Assembly (NCBI GenBank): GCA_020891255.1
Contig: BQFW01000009.1
Span: 930,001-994,000, forward strand
From: Entomortierella parvispora E1425
Taxonomy: Eukaryota > Fungi > Mortierellomycota
DNA length: 64,000 nt
Direction of reading: 5' to 3'
A program made the position numbers and the translations under genes. The notes under the pieces were generated by a model. It was not told where the DNA came from. It saw only the letters and a program-made list of their open reading frames with translations, and did no database searches. This document shows positions 13,974-26,959 of the stretch, in pieces (the stretch's first letter is position 1; each line of letters begins with the position of its first letter).

Positions 13974-14155
13974 AAGTGCTGCACACTGCACACTCACTCA
14001 CACACAAGGCAATCAAGCAAAGCAACTCGTGTCACATTGCAGAAAAGCACCGCACACCCTCCTTTCACTTTCCCTCTCTTTTTTCCTTTTCTCCCTTGTC
14101 CTTCCTTCGCCTCTCTTCTCATTCTCTCCATGCTCATTCTCATCAGCCTTGTGTC

Positions 14156-15550
14156 ATGACCTCCATTTCGCCTTGCACAATCGTGCTCGACACCCCCGAG
14201 ATTCTCTCGCTCATTGCAGAGTGCATTCCTCTCTGGTGTCCTCTCGAGCACGGCCAGTTCAAGTTCCGACCCGCGACCCTGCTGCGACTCTGCAGCGTCT
14301 CCAAGACCTGGCAGCGGGCCATGCTCCCCGTCCTCTGGCGGGTCCACTGCGCTGCCAACCTGACCCACGTCCCCCGCTCAGCCTTGGAACCCAATAGCAT
14401 CCATACCCGATTCTACTTGGACAATTTTTCTGTGCCTGAAAACGCTCGACACCACCTCGACTTTTCTCTCGTCCGGCGAATGTGGATCGAAGACAACGGC
14501 ACAACCGCCCAAAAGTGGATCCGCCAGACCACCACCCTCACGCACCTGCATTGGAATAACCTCTTTTACAGGGCCATTCCTGATCTCCAGGATCTCCTTG
14601 GATCGATCCAGTCCAAGCTCACCAAGCTAGAGTTGTGTCGATGGGAGATCCCACCTCTGATTCTGCTCGACATTTTGACACGGCTGCCACATCTCACTTC
14701 CTTGTCCTTGAACCGTGGATCGCTTAATGTCGGGACTCTATCGGAATCGGCTCTTCCTCAGTCCTGTCTCTTTCCCCTCAAGGAATTCACGACGGATATC
14801 ACCGAGACGAAAACTCTACTCTTTCGGCAGATCATGGCTTGCAGTCCCGATCTTGAACGCCTAATGCTCAAAGGAGACTTTTCTCAAACCGGCGAACTAC
14901 CCGATATTGCACAGGGCGCGTTCTTGATCCAGGGCTTGGACCGGGCGAGAGAGTTCTGCCCAAAAGTCAGGACGGTGCAGATAGAGTACACTTGCCCTCC
15001 GCACGTGTTCAAAGGTCGATCGCGTTGCTTGATTACAGTGGCAGTTTCTGGACGGGATGGCAAGAGTGGGTCCTTGCTGCAACTGGAGGCAGTGGTTCGT
15101 ACCTTCAAGGGCCAGATTTCGAAAATGATTTTCCGCGATGCCAACACTTTGCAGAGTTTAAAGATCACCAGCTTTAGGGATGAGGTGGAGGTGAACGCAA
15201 AGAATCTCTTGAAGGTCGTCCGGTCGCCAAAGTTCTTGCATCTGCATACGCTTCATTTCTTGGGAGAGTATCAGTTCACCAAAGGAGGGACGCTTTCGCT
15301 CTTTGAAAAGAAATGGTCCTGTTCACAACTGGGGAATCTCTTGTTGGATGGGCTTTACAGCCTCAAAACCGAAGACAAAACACCCATGATGGTATTGCCC
15401 AACGGAGAGGTATCTAGATGGGAACCAGTATGGGAAAAGTCTCGGTTTGGCGCAAAGTTGCAAGAACTGATCCACTTGCGACTGAATGAGCTGTCAAAGC
15501 TCCGGTTCGTTTCTTTAAACGGGGTGAGGTTTGAAAAAGTGCATCGATGA
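14156..15550 (+). CDS. F-box-like/LRR (RNI-like) protein, single exon
   Basis: ATG at 14156: LDTPEILSLIAECIP...LLRLCSVSKTWQRAMLPVLW (F-box-like), followed by LxxLxL repeats (LTKLEL, LTSLSL, LERLML, LQSLKI). Confidence 0.75.
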   Translation: MTSISPCTIVLDTPEILSLIAECIPLWCPLEHGQFKFRPATLLRLCSVSKTWQRAMLPVLWRVHCAANLTHVPRSALEPNSIHTRFYLDNFSVPENARHHLDFSLVRRMWIEDNGTTAQKWIRQTTTLTHLHWNNLFYRAIPDLQDLLGSIQSKLTKLELCRWEIPPLILLDILTRLPHLTSLSLNRGSLNVGTLSESALPQSCLFPLKEFTTDITETKTLLFRQIMACSPDLERLMLKGDFSQTGELPDIAQGAFLIQGLDRAREFCPKVRTVQIEYTCPPHVFKGRSRCLITVAVSGRDGKSGSLLQLEAVVRTFKGQISKMIFRDANTLQSLKITSFRDEVEVNAKNLLKVVRSPKFLHLHTLHFLGEYQFTKGGTLSLFEKKWSCSQLGNLLLDGLYSLKTEDKTPMMVLPNGEVSRWEPVWEKSRFGAKLQELIHLRLNELSKLRFVSLNGVRFEKVHR

Positions 15551-15753
15551 GGCTTTCTCTGGCACCATTGCTGTTTATTGAATAAACAAGAAATTGAAGA
15601 TAAATAAAAGAATATAGATATAGAGGGAATTTCAAAGAGTTTCGCATGGGTATCAGCAGCAAAGTGCTGGAGTCAAGTCCTTGTGCACGTTATCATGCTC
15701 CTTCTCCTTTCTCAGATCGGGGGAATACTGCAGGGTCTGGTTGTTTTTTTTTT

Positions 15754-18700
15754 TTAGGTAAAGATCTCCATGGGGGTCACTGCACCTTCGACTGCGTTAC
15801 CCAAAAGATTCTCATCCTTCAAGAACTTGGTTGGGAACTCGACCAAATGGCCAGTGACCTTTTGAAGTCTCTCTGTCACGTTTTCAACCGTGGCGCCGGG
15901 CATGACCACGTGGCCTGTGAGGACCTTCTTCGAGTCAGGAACAAAAGCCTTGTACTGGTCCCAGTTCTCGATCGTGTCATCGGGCACACAGTGGAAGACC
16001 TCTCGGAAGATCTCAGTGTTGGTCTGAGCCACACGCTTCCACCAAGACTCGTAAAAGTCGTCGTGCAAGGGGTCCATGACAATCTCGTCCGCCGTCTTTG
16101 GGTTTTCAGCCGCAGCTCGCTTCAACTGTCCCTGCGCCAAAGGTGCGTGCCACTTCTGGAAAGCCTCGGCTTCCTCCTCATCAGGCTCCGTCACCTGGAT
16201 ACGTCCCCACACATCGGAATCACCTCCGTTCTCCTCGTGAGCGCGACGGATAAGCTCTCGGCGCGTCTCCTCGGGATCCTTGCTAGGCGCCTCCAAATCC
16301 ACAGGGAGAACACTGGCCTTGGTCACAACATCGTGCTCTACGTGAGGCAAAAGACCCAAATGCTCCTTGAACAAATCGGTTCTCAGCGCGTGCGCAATCT
16401 TTCCGGCTTGGTACTATCATGAAAGAAAAAAGAAAAAAAAAAAGCAATACAATGTTAAAGTCAACTGTTGCTGAGATCCCAATATCATTTTCAAATTCCC
16501 TACCTCCACTCCGTCCATCTTGGAAGGAATCATTTCTTGGTCCTCGATAACAATTGCGATCTCAGAGTCACGGAATCCGACCTGGGAACGGTCGTTCAGG
16601 TTAGCAGAACCAATGATGATGATACGGTCATCCACGATCATGAGCTTGCTGTGAATGTACAGCTGCTCGGTCACGAAATCGTCCACCTCATTGTCCGTAA
16701 TGTCCTTTTCGTCTTCGGGTGCAGCGGTGGAGGCAGCGGCTGTGGGCTGACTGCTGCTGCTGCTGGCGGCAAAGGCTGGGCTAGGGGTACGCGGTGCGGG
16801 CTCGACAATCAATTCGTCCTCGGCCTTGGCGTCCTTGTCCTTCTTCTTGACTACAAGCTTGTCCACACCATCCTTGTTTTCGATCGTAATGTTGGCCTTA
16901 TCCAGGCGAACAGCGTCGATCTTGTCCTGTTCTGTGGCAGTGTGATGGTGATGGAAGAGAGGTTCGTGCATAATCTTGTGCGACAATGGCTCCAGATCAT
17001 TCTCATCCTTTGTTCCCTTGAGCGTGTTGATGGCATTGCGGACCATAGCGCCGAAACCCTCGACCTTGTGAGGCTCTGTATGTTCAGTCGTGCCTCCCTG
17101 GTAGTTGTTCCTTTTGGCTTCTCTCTCAGCATGAAGGGTCTCCTGCTGAATATAGTCAGTGGTCCTCTTGTCTGCCAAGGTACGCTCCGTGCTCTTGGGA
17201 ATATATCCATGCTCCTTCTTGGATCGGTTCATGGCACGCTTAGTGATAGAATCGTCCCAGGTGCGCTCCATATCCTGCTGCTTGCGCTTCTCGTGCAATG
17301 CCTTGAGTCGCTCGGAAATGTGCTTGTCCCGAGGAATAGGATCCAAGAGGAACTTGGAGGCCAAAGATTTCTTGCGACCCAGCTCTCCACCCTGAGCAGT
17401 ATGGACCTGCAAGTGGTTGGCGTCCTGGCTGTCGGTGTTGACAGGGGCGGCAGCGGGAGCCTGGGCAACAGTGTTCAGGTCCTCTGGGCCACCTTCGATT
17501 GTTCCTTCAGCCTCGGCCTCCTTGACGGCCTCGACAATGGCATCAAACTTTCCATGCTTGATGCGATCGAAACTACGGAGACCATAGAAGGCAATGTGAT
17601 CCTTGGGATCGATTCCATTGGCCTCCAGTCGCTCCATGACAGAGTTGCCGCCGCGACAAATCGAAACGTACTGGAAGTGCATGACCTTGCGAAGAGTACC
17701 GGCGTCGCTCGACATGATGTCAGCCTCGAAGGCAGGCATCAAAGGCATCACGACAATCACACGGAACTTTTTGCCCTCTTGATGGGCGCGCACAATCCTG
17801 TTCACCAAAGCAATACCGATCGTGTTAACGAGATCGGGGTTACCATTCTCAACAGCCAAAGTGACTATCGAAGAAAAAAAAATAGGAACAAAGAAAAATA
17901 AAGAATTAGAAACGTCGTAGCAACACGGATCATCTTCATGGTCAATTATAATCCCTAGTCCTTCCTTGGTCCTTACCAAAGAACTGGTTCTCAATGTAGA
18001 TGAAATGCTCGGCCTTCTCGATGAGGGCGATGTAAGCATTCTGGATCGAGTGCTCGAGCTCAATGCCCTGAGACCAGTTGGTGCTGCTTCGCAAGATCTG
18101 GACCTTTTGAGTTCCAGTCCATCCGGTCTCGTCACGGGTGCTCACAAACTCGCCCTTGGGCGTCAAGAACTTCATGTGGGACTTCTTCATGCCCTTCTCA
18201 CGCTTGACAAAGTTCCAGCGCTGGACAAAGTGACGAGCGATATCGCGAGCAGGCTGACCGGCCACACCGATCGAGACATCGTGCCAGGGCATACGACCCA
18301 ACAACTTTCGCTCAATCAAGTCGTTGTTGTACTCCTTGACTAAACATTAAAAAAAAAGATATCGCCAATGTGAGAGGTAAGCAACTGCTTCAGAATGACA
18401 TGTAATCTGTCCAGGAGGAATCGACCAGTCGTTTTCTTTTACCATTTGTGAAGTCCTTGATACGGGGGTTGGAGTAATCCTGTCCAGGCCAGATGGTGCC
18501 ATTGCCCGAAGGATGGTAGTCAGCAAGCTGATGGGTTCGACTGTCGTAACGTCCAAAGCACAGATCCAGTCCTCCGATGAATGCCAATCGACAATCAATC
18601 ACGCAGATTTTCTAGAGAGATGAACAGGTCCGATAATCGCTTAGGGTTAATGTGTGCCTAGGAAGAGATGCTCTAATTTGCTCCGCAAGAGGAATTCTAT

Positions 18701-21700
18701 TATACATACCTCGTGATGGGCCCAGAACTGGGTCGCGGTGACGCTGATATGATCAGGGTGGCGTTGGACTAACATATTACCAAAAATTAGAAATACGTAG
18801 AGAATAGACCCACCATTACATAGAATCATGACCATTCAGCTTACCTTGAATGTTGGGGTGGAGATCTTGCAGCCAGGTCTTGGTGTGGTTAGAATCTAAA
18901 GTCAAAGCCAAGGAGACCTCCTTGTACACCACAATGTAGATCATGACACCCTGTTCAGCCTTGCGCTTCAACAATCGGTCCAATCTGAACTCCTGGTTCT
19001 TCTCTGGGGGACGACGAAGGTACTACATGGGAAAAAAAAAATGGAAAAATTAGCCGAAAATCCATAATTGATATTAGACCTGACATATGCAAACAACAGA
19101 CATTGGTCTTACCAGTTCGGGGGAGAGCCACCAATCCGCAATGTAAATCTCGCTCTTGGCAGCCAGGATGGCATCAGAGATGGCATGGAAGTAATCCTTG
19201 CCGTCGACATAGTAGCGCACCTTCGCATCCGAACGCTCGGGCGAAAAAGAACCAAAACGATGCGACCTGACCCAAGGACTCGACTGCTGCATCTTTTGGA
19301 AATACTCCATCCACTCGAGCATCTCGCGGTTGTGTTCGCCCTTGATCTCAATCTTGCGGTAGCTGTTCTGGAGCTCAATGTTGTGCAAATTATAACCGAG
19401 AATTTGCTCCTTCTGTTGGACGGTGAAACTCTGATCAAAGATGAACACGTCCGAGCATTCTGTCGAACTGCTGTCAGGAGCGAAGGCCATATAAGAGTCG
19501 CGGAGGATGGCCCAGGCCTGCTCGTACTCGGAAAAGAGGGGCATTCCACAGAAGGTGCGGCTGGTATCGACAATCTTTCTCTCCACATATCCTTCCTTAC
19601 CCTTCCAACCCATATCCTTTGTCAGAGACATAGCGGAGATTTCCAAGAACTCGTACAGGTCGTACGCGACCGTGCCATTGAGCTCTTGAAGAACCTGCAG
19701 GAGATAGCTCTGGAGGGCTTTGCGACGTGCTTTGTTGGACTCCCTGTGGTGGGTCTCATGCTCACCACTACTCATTCCCAAACTGACCTTGGCCATGCTC
19801 AAAGCCCAAGAAACCTAGAAGAAAAAATAAAAGGGGGCGTGAGAATCACATTTCGAAAGGCCTCATTTTGTGTCTCCATCACGAAGCCGAGCCTTACCTG
19901 ATTGGGGAATCTGGGCATGTTGGGATAGCGCTTGGCAGAGAGGGTCAAGTGAAGCTTGTAAAACTCGTAGAGGGTACGACGGATGACCCACTTCACATCT
20001 CCATACTGAAGTTCGATGCGGAAGACAATTTGCTTGCTGTTGCCTTTGCTGGCCTCAGAGTCGACAATGCCGAGCTGCGAGCAAGAGAAAAAAAAAAGAG
20101 GGTATCTCGGTTAACTGTCAATGTTTGAGGTAGCGACAGGCCAAACTCGCACAAACGATCAAGAATTCATTACCCTCAGCATCTGGAAGAGGACTGGAGG
20201 CTACATTGAGAAGGAATTAGCCGGGAGCGTTAGTAGTCTAGACCGTTAAATTCTTTCATCATCAACAATAAATGTTGGCCTGCGCGTGTGAGTGCGAAAA
20301 AAAAAATGACTCGTTGTGTTCACGAAAGTGCCTCAACCAATGCATCACACACGCATGGACGTCAAAATAATTGTAGTTGCTGAGCAAATCGTGACAAGGG
20401 AAAGTGCATTGGATCATCAACTCAAAGAACACCAAAGGAGTGAAGAAAGCAGAGAGCATTGAACCAAACAGCCGGCCTTTGAAAGGAAAAAAAAGTGCAG
20501 TCCAGCTGACAAAAAGCAAGACTTATATGGGCTCAGTACGCTCAATAGCCACATTTTGCGCTTTTGGTCAAGATAACAGCCCAAGCAGGTTGTCTTTGGA
20601 AAAAATAGCGGATGATAAAACCACAGCCTTGAAACAAGCAATGGGTCGGGCTGAAGGAGGATGAAGGAGGATGAAGGATCGAGCGGGAGAATATCTTTCC
20701 TCCTCTCGCCACCATAGAGCCATCGGATCAATTGAAAGGTTCAGCCGTTGGGAAAAAAAGAAAAAAAAAAAGGAAGAAAAGTAAAGCACATGAACTGCTC
20801 AAGCCGGTTTTTGGTTGAACGTTGATCCCTTTTTCCTGTTCCTGTTCCTGAATACACAATGCTATTCCTTGCCCGTTAATGCTTTGAGGAACAACCATAG
20901 GAAAACACTCTAAACAACCACCTCAAAGGAAGCGCCCTCCAAGATCTATAGAGACCTAGGTTTTTTACTTACAGGTCGACGGCCCTTGTCATCGGTCTTG
21001 AGCAAAAAGGCAGGCGCGGCGGCCCCTGTCACAGCCAAGGATTCAACCGTAAAGTCAATTGTTTCGAGGTTATTGGCACGCGACGTGCTCGAGAACGCAT
21101 TGGCAACATGATCCACTGTCGACAACTGCTTGGGTGGTTCTGGAGCAGGGGTGACCGGGACAAGACCTAAAATGACAGGCCCATTTTGGAGCATGAATTA
21201 GACATCTCCTTGTTCGTACTCCTCGTGCTGGCGGGGTTATTTTCAGGGAGTAAGTAATATTCACTGAGGGCGTGGGGATGGACACAGCGCATGATCTTCT
21301 CACATCAACAGGTCTTTTAGTGCCTTTTTTCTTCTTTTTGCCTTTCCCTCGCCTGCCCTACCCCGCTGAGAAACTTACGTTGCTGGTCAGACTCACTGCT
21401 GGACGCGTTATGATGACGACGATTGCCCAGAAAAGGGGTGTACCAGTGCTGGGGCTCTTCTGGTTCCTGCTGATGGGGCGTGGGCAGCACGGGTGCAGGA
21501 GCAGGAGGAGGGGTCTGTAACTGGGTTGGGTCCAGTTTCTGGACCTCACGCACACGGTCCACAAGTGTGGCGAGGTTCAAGGGTTTGACCCCGTCTTCCT
21601 GTTGGCCAGGTTCGGCACCGTCACGAACGGTGTTCCCCTGTTTCTGACCCTGTTGAGAAAACGCGAAGGGTTCTTGGGGCTTTTGCTGTTGAACGTTGTC

Positions 21701-21760
21701 CAGGGTCGAGAGATCCTCGGGAGCCTGGCCATTCTGATGTTGAAGTGGAGAGCGCTGCAT
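15754..21760 (-). CDS. PLD1: Phospholipase D1 (PX-PH-2xHKD), multi-exon; 5' exons uncertain
   Basis: PX ([25 protein letters not shown]), PH-like region ([16 protein letters not shown]), [26 protein letters not shown]1 (HHEKICVID, split by an intron), HKD2 ([20 protein letters not shown]), and a C-terminal GHLVEFP..FL. The start at 21760 is tentative. Confidence 0.9.
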
Positions 21761-22629
21761 CTCGCGATGGTGCTTGGGTTTTTTTTCTTCGTTTCTGTTG
21801 TCGTTTTCTTTTTTTTTTCTTCCTGTTGCGGTCTCTTTTGAAGGTGTGTCTCCTGTATGGAGCAGAGAACAAGAGACTAGAGCGGGTGAAGGAAGAAGGA
21901 GAAAAGGGTATCCAGACAAGGGAATGGACAATGAGAAGGAGAGGAGAGGAGAGAAGAAGAAAAGAGAGCAATGACGAGGTGGGAACGAGAAAAGAAGCGA
22001 TGCGATGTAAAAAGCAATGCTGCGAATCCTCATTTGGATGCAGCAAAGCCCACACCTTCACTTTCTCTCCTCCCTTTCGTGAGCCTTCTCTGTTCGTGTG
22101 TGCTTTCTTTGCCTGGTTCGACAAATGGGCCCAGAGCCGCGGAGAAAAAATCCTCCTTTGCATATGGGCGCAGGGGACGCCGACAATGCACTCGCCGTGT
22201 GAGCAGCAAGAGTGCGTCGTTGTGCAACGGGGCGATCCTTGGATCCATTTTTTTTTTACTGTTGTTTGATTCTCAGAGACACATGGAGGACTCTGCTGTT
22301 AGGTGGTTTGCTTACCTGCTCATCCTCATCCCTCGGGTCTCCTCGTTTGCAAGTCGCCGCCGAAGATAGGGCCGAACCAGGAACTGGCCATGAGCAAACA
22401 AAATAAAACAACAAAAAAAAAAGAGCAATTGGTCTCATTCTCACGATCATTGGAGAAAACGCGGATAAACGATTCGACGCGATTACGAGTTGAAAGTTTT
22501 TTTATTGTTTAACGGTATGGGATGCCCATCTGCCCATTTCTGTCTTTCTAACCCGCCTTTGTATATGCGTCCTGTGTGTAGTTCAATGATGCAACTCTGT
22601 CTATGAGTCCTTATTTCCAGAGTTTTAGC

Positions 22630-24717
22630 TTACTCCTCCTTGGGACGAAGTCCAAGGACACGAAGATGCTCCAAATGGGATGCAAAAGCCTGCCAGAAGG
22701 TATCCTATTTTAGCAATTGTCAGAGGAAAACGCGTCAGATTCTGTGGATAGTGGCCATGTTGTCACCCGATGGGTTTGAATCTCAATGGGACAAACTTCA
22801 AACAAGTCAAACAACTTTTCTACCTTGACGAGGTATGGGATCTTGAACTCGCTGCATGTTTGGCGAATGATCGACAAGATCTCTGGGTAGTAGTGTTGAG
22901 AGACGTTGGGGAACAGATGGTGCACAGCCTGGTAGTTCAAGCTTCCAGTGATGCTGGTCCAGATGTACGAGTCATGAGCGTAGTCCTGAGTCGTCTCCAC
23001 CTGCATGGCAGCCCAGTCCTTGTGGATCAATCCGTTCTCGTCGGGAAGAGGCCACTCGACCTCCTCAACCACGTGGTTGGCCTGGAAGGTCAAAGCCAAC
23101 CAGTACGATGACACCATGTCTGCAATAGTGAAAAGCATCAAAACCTTGCCGACAGGCAAGTACTGGAGAGGCACAATCAAACGATACCAGACAAAGAATG
23201 CCTTTCCGCCCCAAAACATAGCTGTGTGCCATGGTGAGATGGGGTTCACTCGGATAGCGTCGTTGGTCTTGACAAAGTAGAGAATGTTGATATCCTGAAT
23301 ACGGACCTTAAAGGCCAAAAGTCCGTACAAGAAAGGAACAAAGAGATGCTGGTTGATGTGGTTCACAAACCACTTTTGGTTAGGCTTGATGCGACGAACG
23401 TCGGGTTCCGAGGTCGACACATCAGGGTCTGCACCAGCAATGTTGGTGTAAGGGTGGTGGCCGAGCATGTGCTGGTACATCCAAACAAGATAAGAGGCGC
23501 CGTTGAAAAAGTCGTGAGTTGCTCCAAGGAGCTTCCAAACCGTGGGGTTGTGAGTAACTGTTAACAAGAGACACCAATGTTAGATGGCCATCGGTTACAG
23601 TAAGGGCGGTGTGTTTGAAACAAAAGGTGCAGCATCTCGTACCCGAAAAATGGGAGGCATCGTGAAGTGGGTTCAATCCGACTTGGGCACATGCAAATCC
23701 CATGGTGATGGCGAAAAAGACTTGCAGCCATGTGCGTTCGACAACGAAGGGCACAAAGAACTGTGCAATGTACGAGAGGATCAACGAGCCAAAGATGAGG
23801 AGGTAGCGTCCCCAGATCTCTGGTCGGTTCTGTATTTTCAGATATAATGAAGGTTCGGGTCAGATTGCGGTGAGCCTGAACATCCTTGCGGTCCTGGCAT
23901 GTCGTTGATCACTCACCTTTGGATCCTTGCCCTTAGTCTTGAAGTAACCTTCAACTCTTGTCTTCACAGTCTTGTGGAATTCTGTGGGCTCGGGGAAAAC
24001 AGGCAGCTCGTTACTGACCAACTTGCCAACGTAGAACTTCTTCATGATCGAGTCCACTACACCAAACTCGTGATACATCTCAAAGACCTATGTTCCAGCA
24101 GTTGAATAAGTGAAAGTGATTTGTGAGCGCCCTATCCATTGTCCCGTTCGTGGACACTAAGACGATATATCCTTGTAACATACTGGGGTCACATCCCTGC
24201 CAGCACCGAGAAGGAGGGTGTCAACTCCACCGGGATGGCGATTCAAGAACTTGGTAACATCGTACACCTAGAGTCACAAAGGGGAGCAATTGTGGGTGAG
24301 AAATCAGAGACACGGTGTTGACAGAGCGAAGAGAGCAGACCTCAACTTTGTTGCAAACAAAGTCCGCGCTGCCGGGTCCGAGCTAGGAATCAAGTCCTTT
24401 CAAGTTCTCGGACAAAAAATCAACAGGGGTCAAGAAAATAGAATTATCAAGCCCAGAGTACGATCGTAATAACAGATCGCCGCCTTACATTGCCACGGAT
24501 CGCCACGAAGAGGTCGTTGCCGGTGTTGTGCGCAGCCAGCTCCTCCCTGATAGCCACGTAAGTCAAGAACGAAGGAATCGAGCACACAAAAAAGGAAAAA
24601 AAAGACGGTGATGGTCAGTCATCTCGGAAGCTAATGCAAGAGGCGATGAATGAAGGGAGCTCTGGGAAATGCTGGTCATGCGTACCAGGTAAAAGTCTTT
24701 TCCTTGTCCATGCCCAT
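22630..24717 (-). CDS. Delta5 fatty acid desaturase (front-end, cytochrome b5 fusion), multi-exon
   Basis: MGMDKEKTFTW/EELAAHN..; b5 motif HPGG; His boxes HDASH, QHMLGHH and QAVHH; ends LGLRPKEE* (TAA 22630-22632). Closely resembles the Mortierella Delta5 desaturase as I recall it. Confidence 0.95.
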
Positions 24718-24890
24718 GTTGAAGTTTCGGTCTAAATGCTGGAAGGGTGATGAGAAAGAAACAGCAGTGTTGCTACGTATATCGGATTTGAAATAGGGTA
24801 TGCACGCTTGCTCGCTTGTCCCCCAACGATTTCTGATCTGGCTCCCCTCCCCCTGAGTCACGTGTAATCCTAGATGGCGCGATTTTCGAC

Positions 24891-26910
24891 TCAGGCTGTC
24901 TGTGCGACCAATGCAACCAGCTTCTCCACCAGCCATCTTGGCAGACGACGTGAAGACGGCCTCGAGGCCACAGAGAAGAGGACCAACGAGGAGATTCGCG
25001 ATAAGAGAGATTTACAATCGTCTATGTTGTCCACATGTTGAGGCCGGCTTTGTGAGTACACGAAAACAAAAATGAAAAATGCTCGAATCCCATACGGATC
25101 TCGATTTACCTTGCAGTGCTCTGACAAGGTCATCCAAGTCAGACCTCTCTAACAGTGCTGCATTGAAGGAGCAGCATGTCACGGAAGCCTTCAGATTCGA
25201 TATTCTCATTGCCAAGGAGATGAACTTGGCGCATCGTTGATCCTGCAATAGTTGATCGTGTTGTTGATGCAACAACTGATACGCACCAGACAGCCGCGCA
25301 AGCGTTTTTGCCCTCGCCATTGTCCTAGTGGAAAGGATCCTTTGGTATGGCTGCATATGTCCACTGAGGTCACCAATAACTGGAAGGATCTCCTTGTCTG
25401 TTTTTTCCACAATAATCTTCAATACGGCGTGAAGTAGCGTACCTGATATGCAAAAGGAAATCTGACAAGAGTGAAAATTGTCCAGTTCGATTGCAGACAC
25501 TGCACAGAGACATTCAACCATGAGGGCTGATATATCACTCCTATGACATCTCACTGGAGAACTGGAGTCCTCTATTTCCAATTGATTCCTGAACCAGTTC
25601 CCAAGATCCTCGAGAACGGCAAGCAATTGTGGAGCCGCCAGAATCGATGCTACCAAGTTTTCTAGCGTTGATTATAATATTCTAGCAAAGTCAGTATACT
25701 CGATTTGTTTGCAGAGACGCTCAATAAAAGTCGGTGCCAAACAAAACATACCCCTGATGAGATCCAAATAGCGCCTGTACAGGAATAGCTGTTCGTCGTA
25801 GGGATCTTTTGGAGGATCGACCTGCCACCTCGAGAGCTCGCCAACGATCTGTTTTAAACTGGCTGCCATGGATGCATTCCAAAGAGAAATCGCGGGGCTT
25901 TCCTTTGCTTGATCTCGAGGTGGATCTCTTTCTGTTGCTTCTATAAAGTATCGACTACGTCGTAGTGCTTCAGCATGCTTGAGTAGTGCCGCTTTGAATG
26001 ACGCCAGGGGATCAAGCCTCTGATTCCCGGATATAATTCCTGAAGGTGTGGAAGCGGGGTCCGGGCTTGGTTCCTTTTCACACTTCCTTTTCTTGCCTTT
26101 TCGTTGCTCCTGTTTTTGCCGTCCTGGTTCCTGGTTTTCAGACTCAAGGTACTCTACCAGTAGTCGAAGTCTATCCAATTCTTGCAAATGCTCGGCTTTC
26201 CACGCTTGCAAGTCCTTGTTCTCTATAGGATACAACATTTTCAACAATGAGGCACAGAAATCCATGCGGAAAAGATGCTTTTGCAACACCCACCTTTTGA
26301 AACGGCCTTTGCATGTAATTCCCAATATTGCTCCTGACTGGCAATTTTTGCTGCAGTTTCGTGAATACTGGTGGGTGGTGGAGAGGCCGCCCTCTCATTA
26401 ACGCCTTCTTTTTGTTTATTGTGAACTGAAGGTGCCCTGGCGACTTCATCAGGCAAAGCGTTATCATTGGGCCTTAGATTGGTGGCGTCGTTTCCAGGTG
26501 AAAGATTGCGAGCAACTCTAAGCTGCTGAATACGATCTTGTTGAGTCAGGAAGAAAAGTGGATGAGTTGGTGAGTGAGGGTTATTGCCTGCAGTAGATTG
26601 TTTCTTTCGGGGAACGGCACTCTCGGCAAAAAGAAACAAAGCTTTCACAAATCTTGAGATGGCCTGTACCAACAACTGATTGCCCAAGTGGGGTATCCCG
26701 AACGAGCGATATGGCCAGTGCCAGCGCCAGCTGCTGATGAGGGTTGTTGGTTGCCTTGTTCGTGTCCATTGCTGAGGGTTCTTGGCGTGCCAGTGGAGGA
26801 AAGGGCGAGGTGAAGGAGAATGTCTGTGGATCGCCTTTTGATAGTCTCGCAACCAGATCCTCCTTCGACGTCACGTGAACGAGGGTCTGGTTGCCTTTTT
26901 GAGCTTCCAT
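24891..26910 (-). CDS. Hypothetical helical protein, multi-exon or partly degenerate; exon structure unresolved
   Basis: Consecutive protein-like ORFs on the minus strand (26581-26958, 25672-26325, 25012-25656, 24891-25133) with Leu-rich amphipathic sequence. I could not join the 26.2-26.7 kb part in frame and recognise no family. Confidence 0.4.
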
Positions 26911-26959
26911 TGGCATTGCATCTTTGTTCTTTCTTTTCGTCAATATACATTCCTTCACT

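Noticed and set aside
13598-14155. SLSLSL/ERERER/VCVCVC ORF extensions
   Set aside because: Translations of microsatellites; the real starts are 13597 (-) and 14156 (+).
16468-17901. 477-aa plus-strand ORF, and similar long antisense ORFs (15646-16422, 19068-19901, 33049-33636, 49610-50131, 56591-57199)
   Set aside because: Antisense shadows of codon-biased genes (PLD, homocitrate synthase, BFR1, UTP8); no recognisable motifs.
1812-24717. Lipid biosynthetic gene cluster (DHCR7, PLD, Delta5 desaturase)
   Set aside because: The genes act in different pathways and are separated by unrelated genes; there is no evidence of co-regulation.
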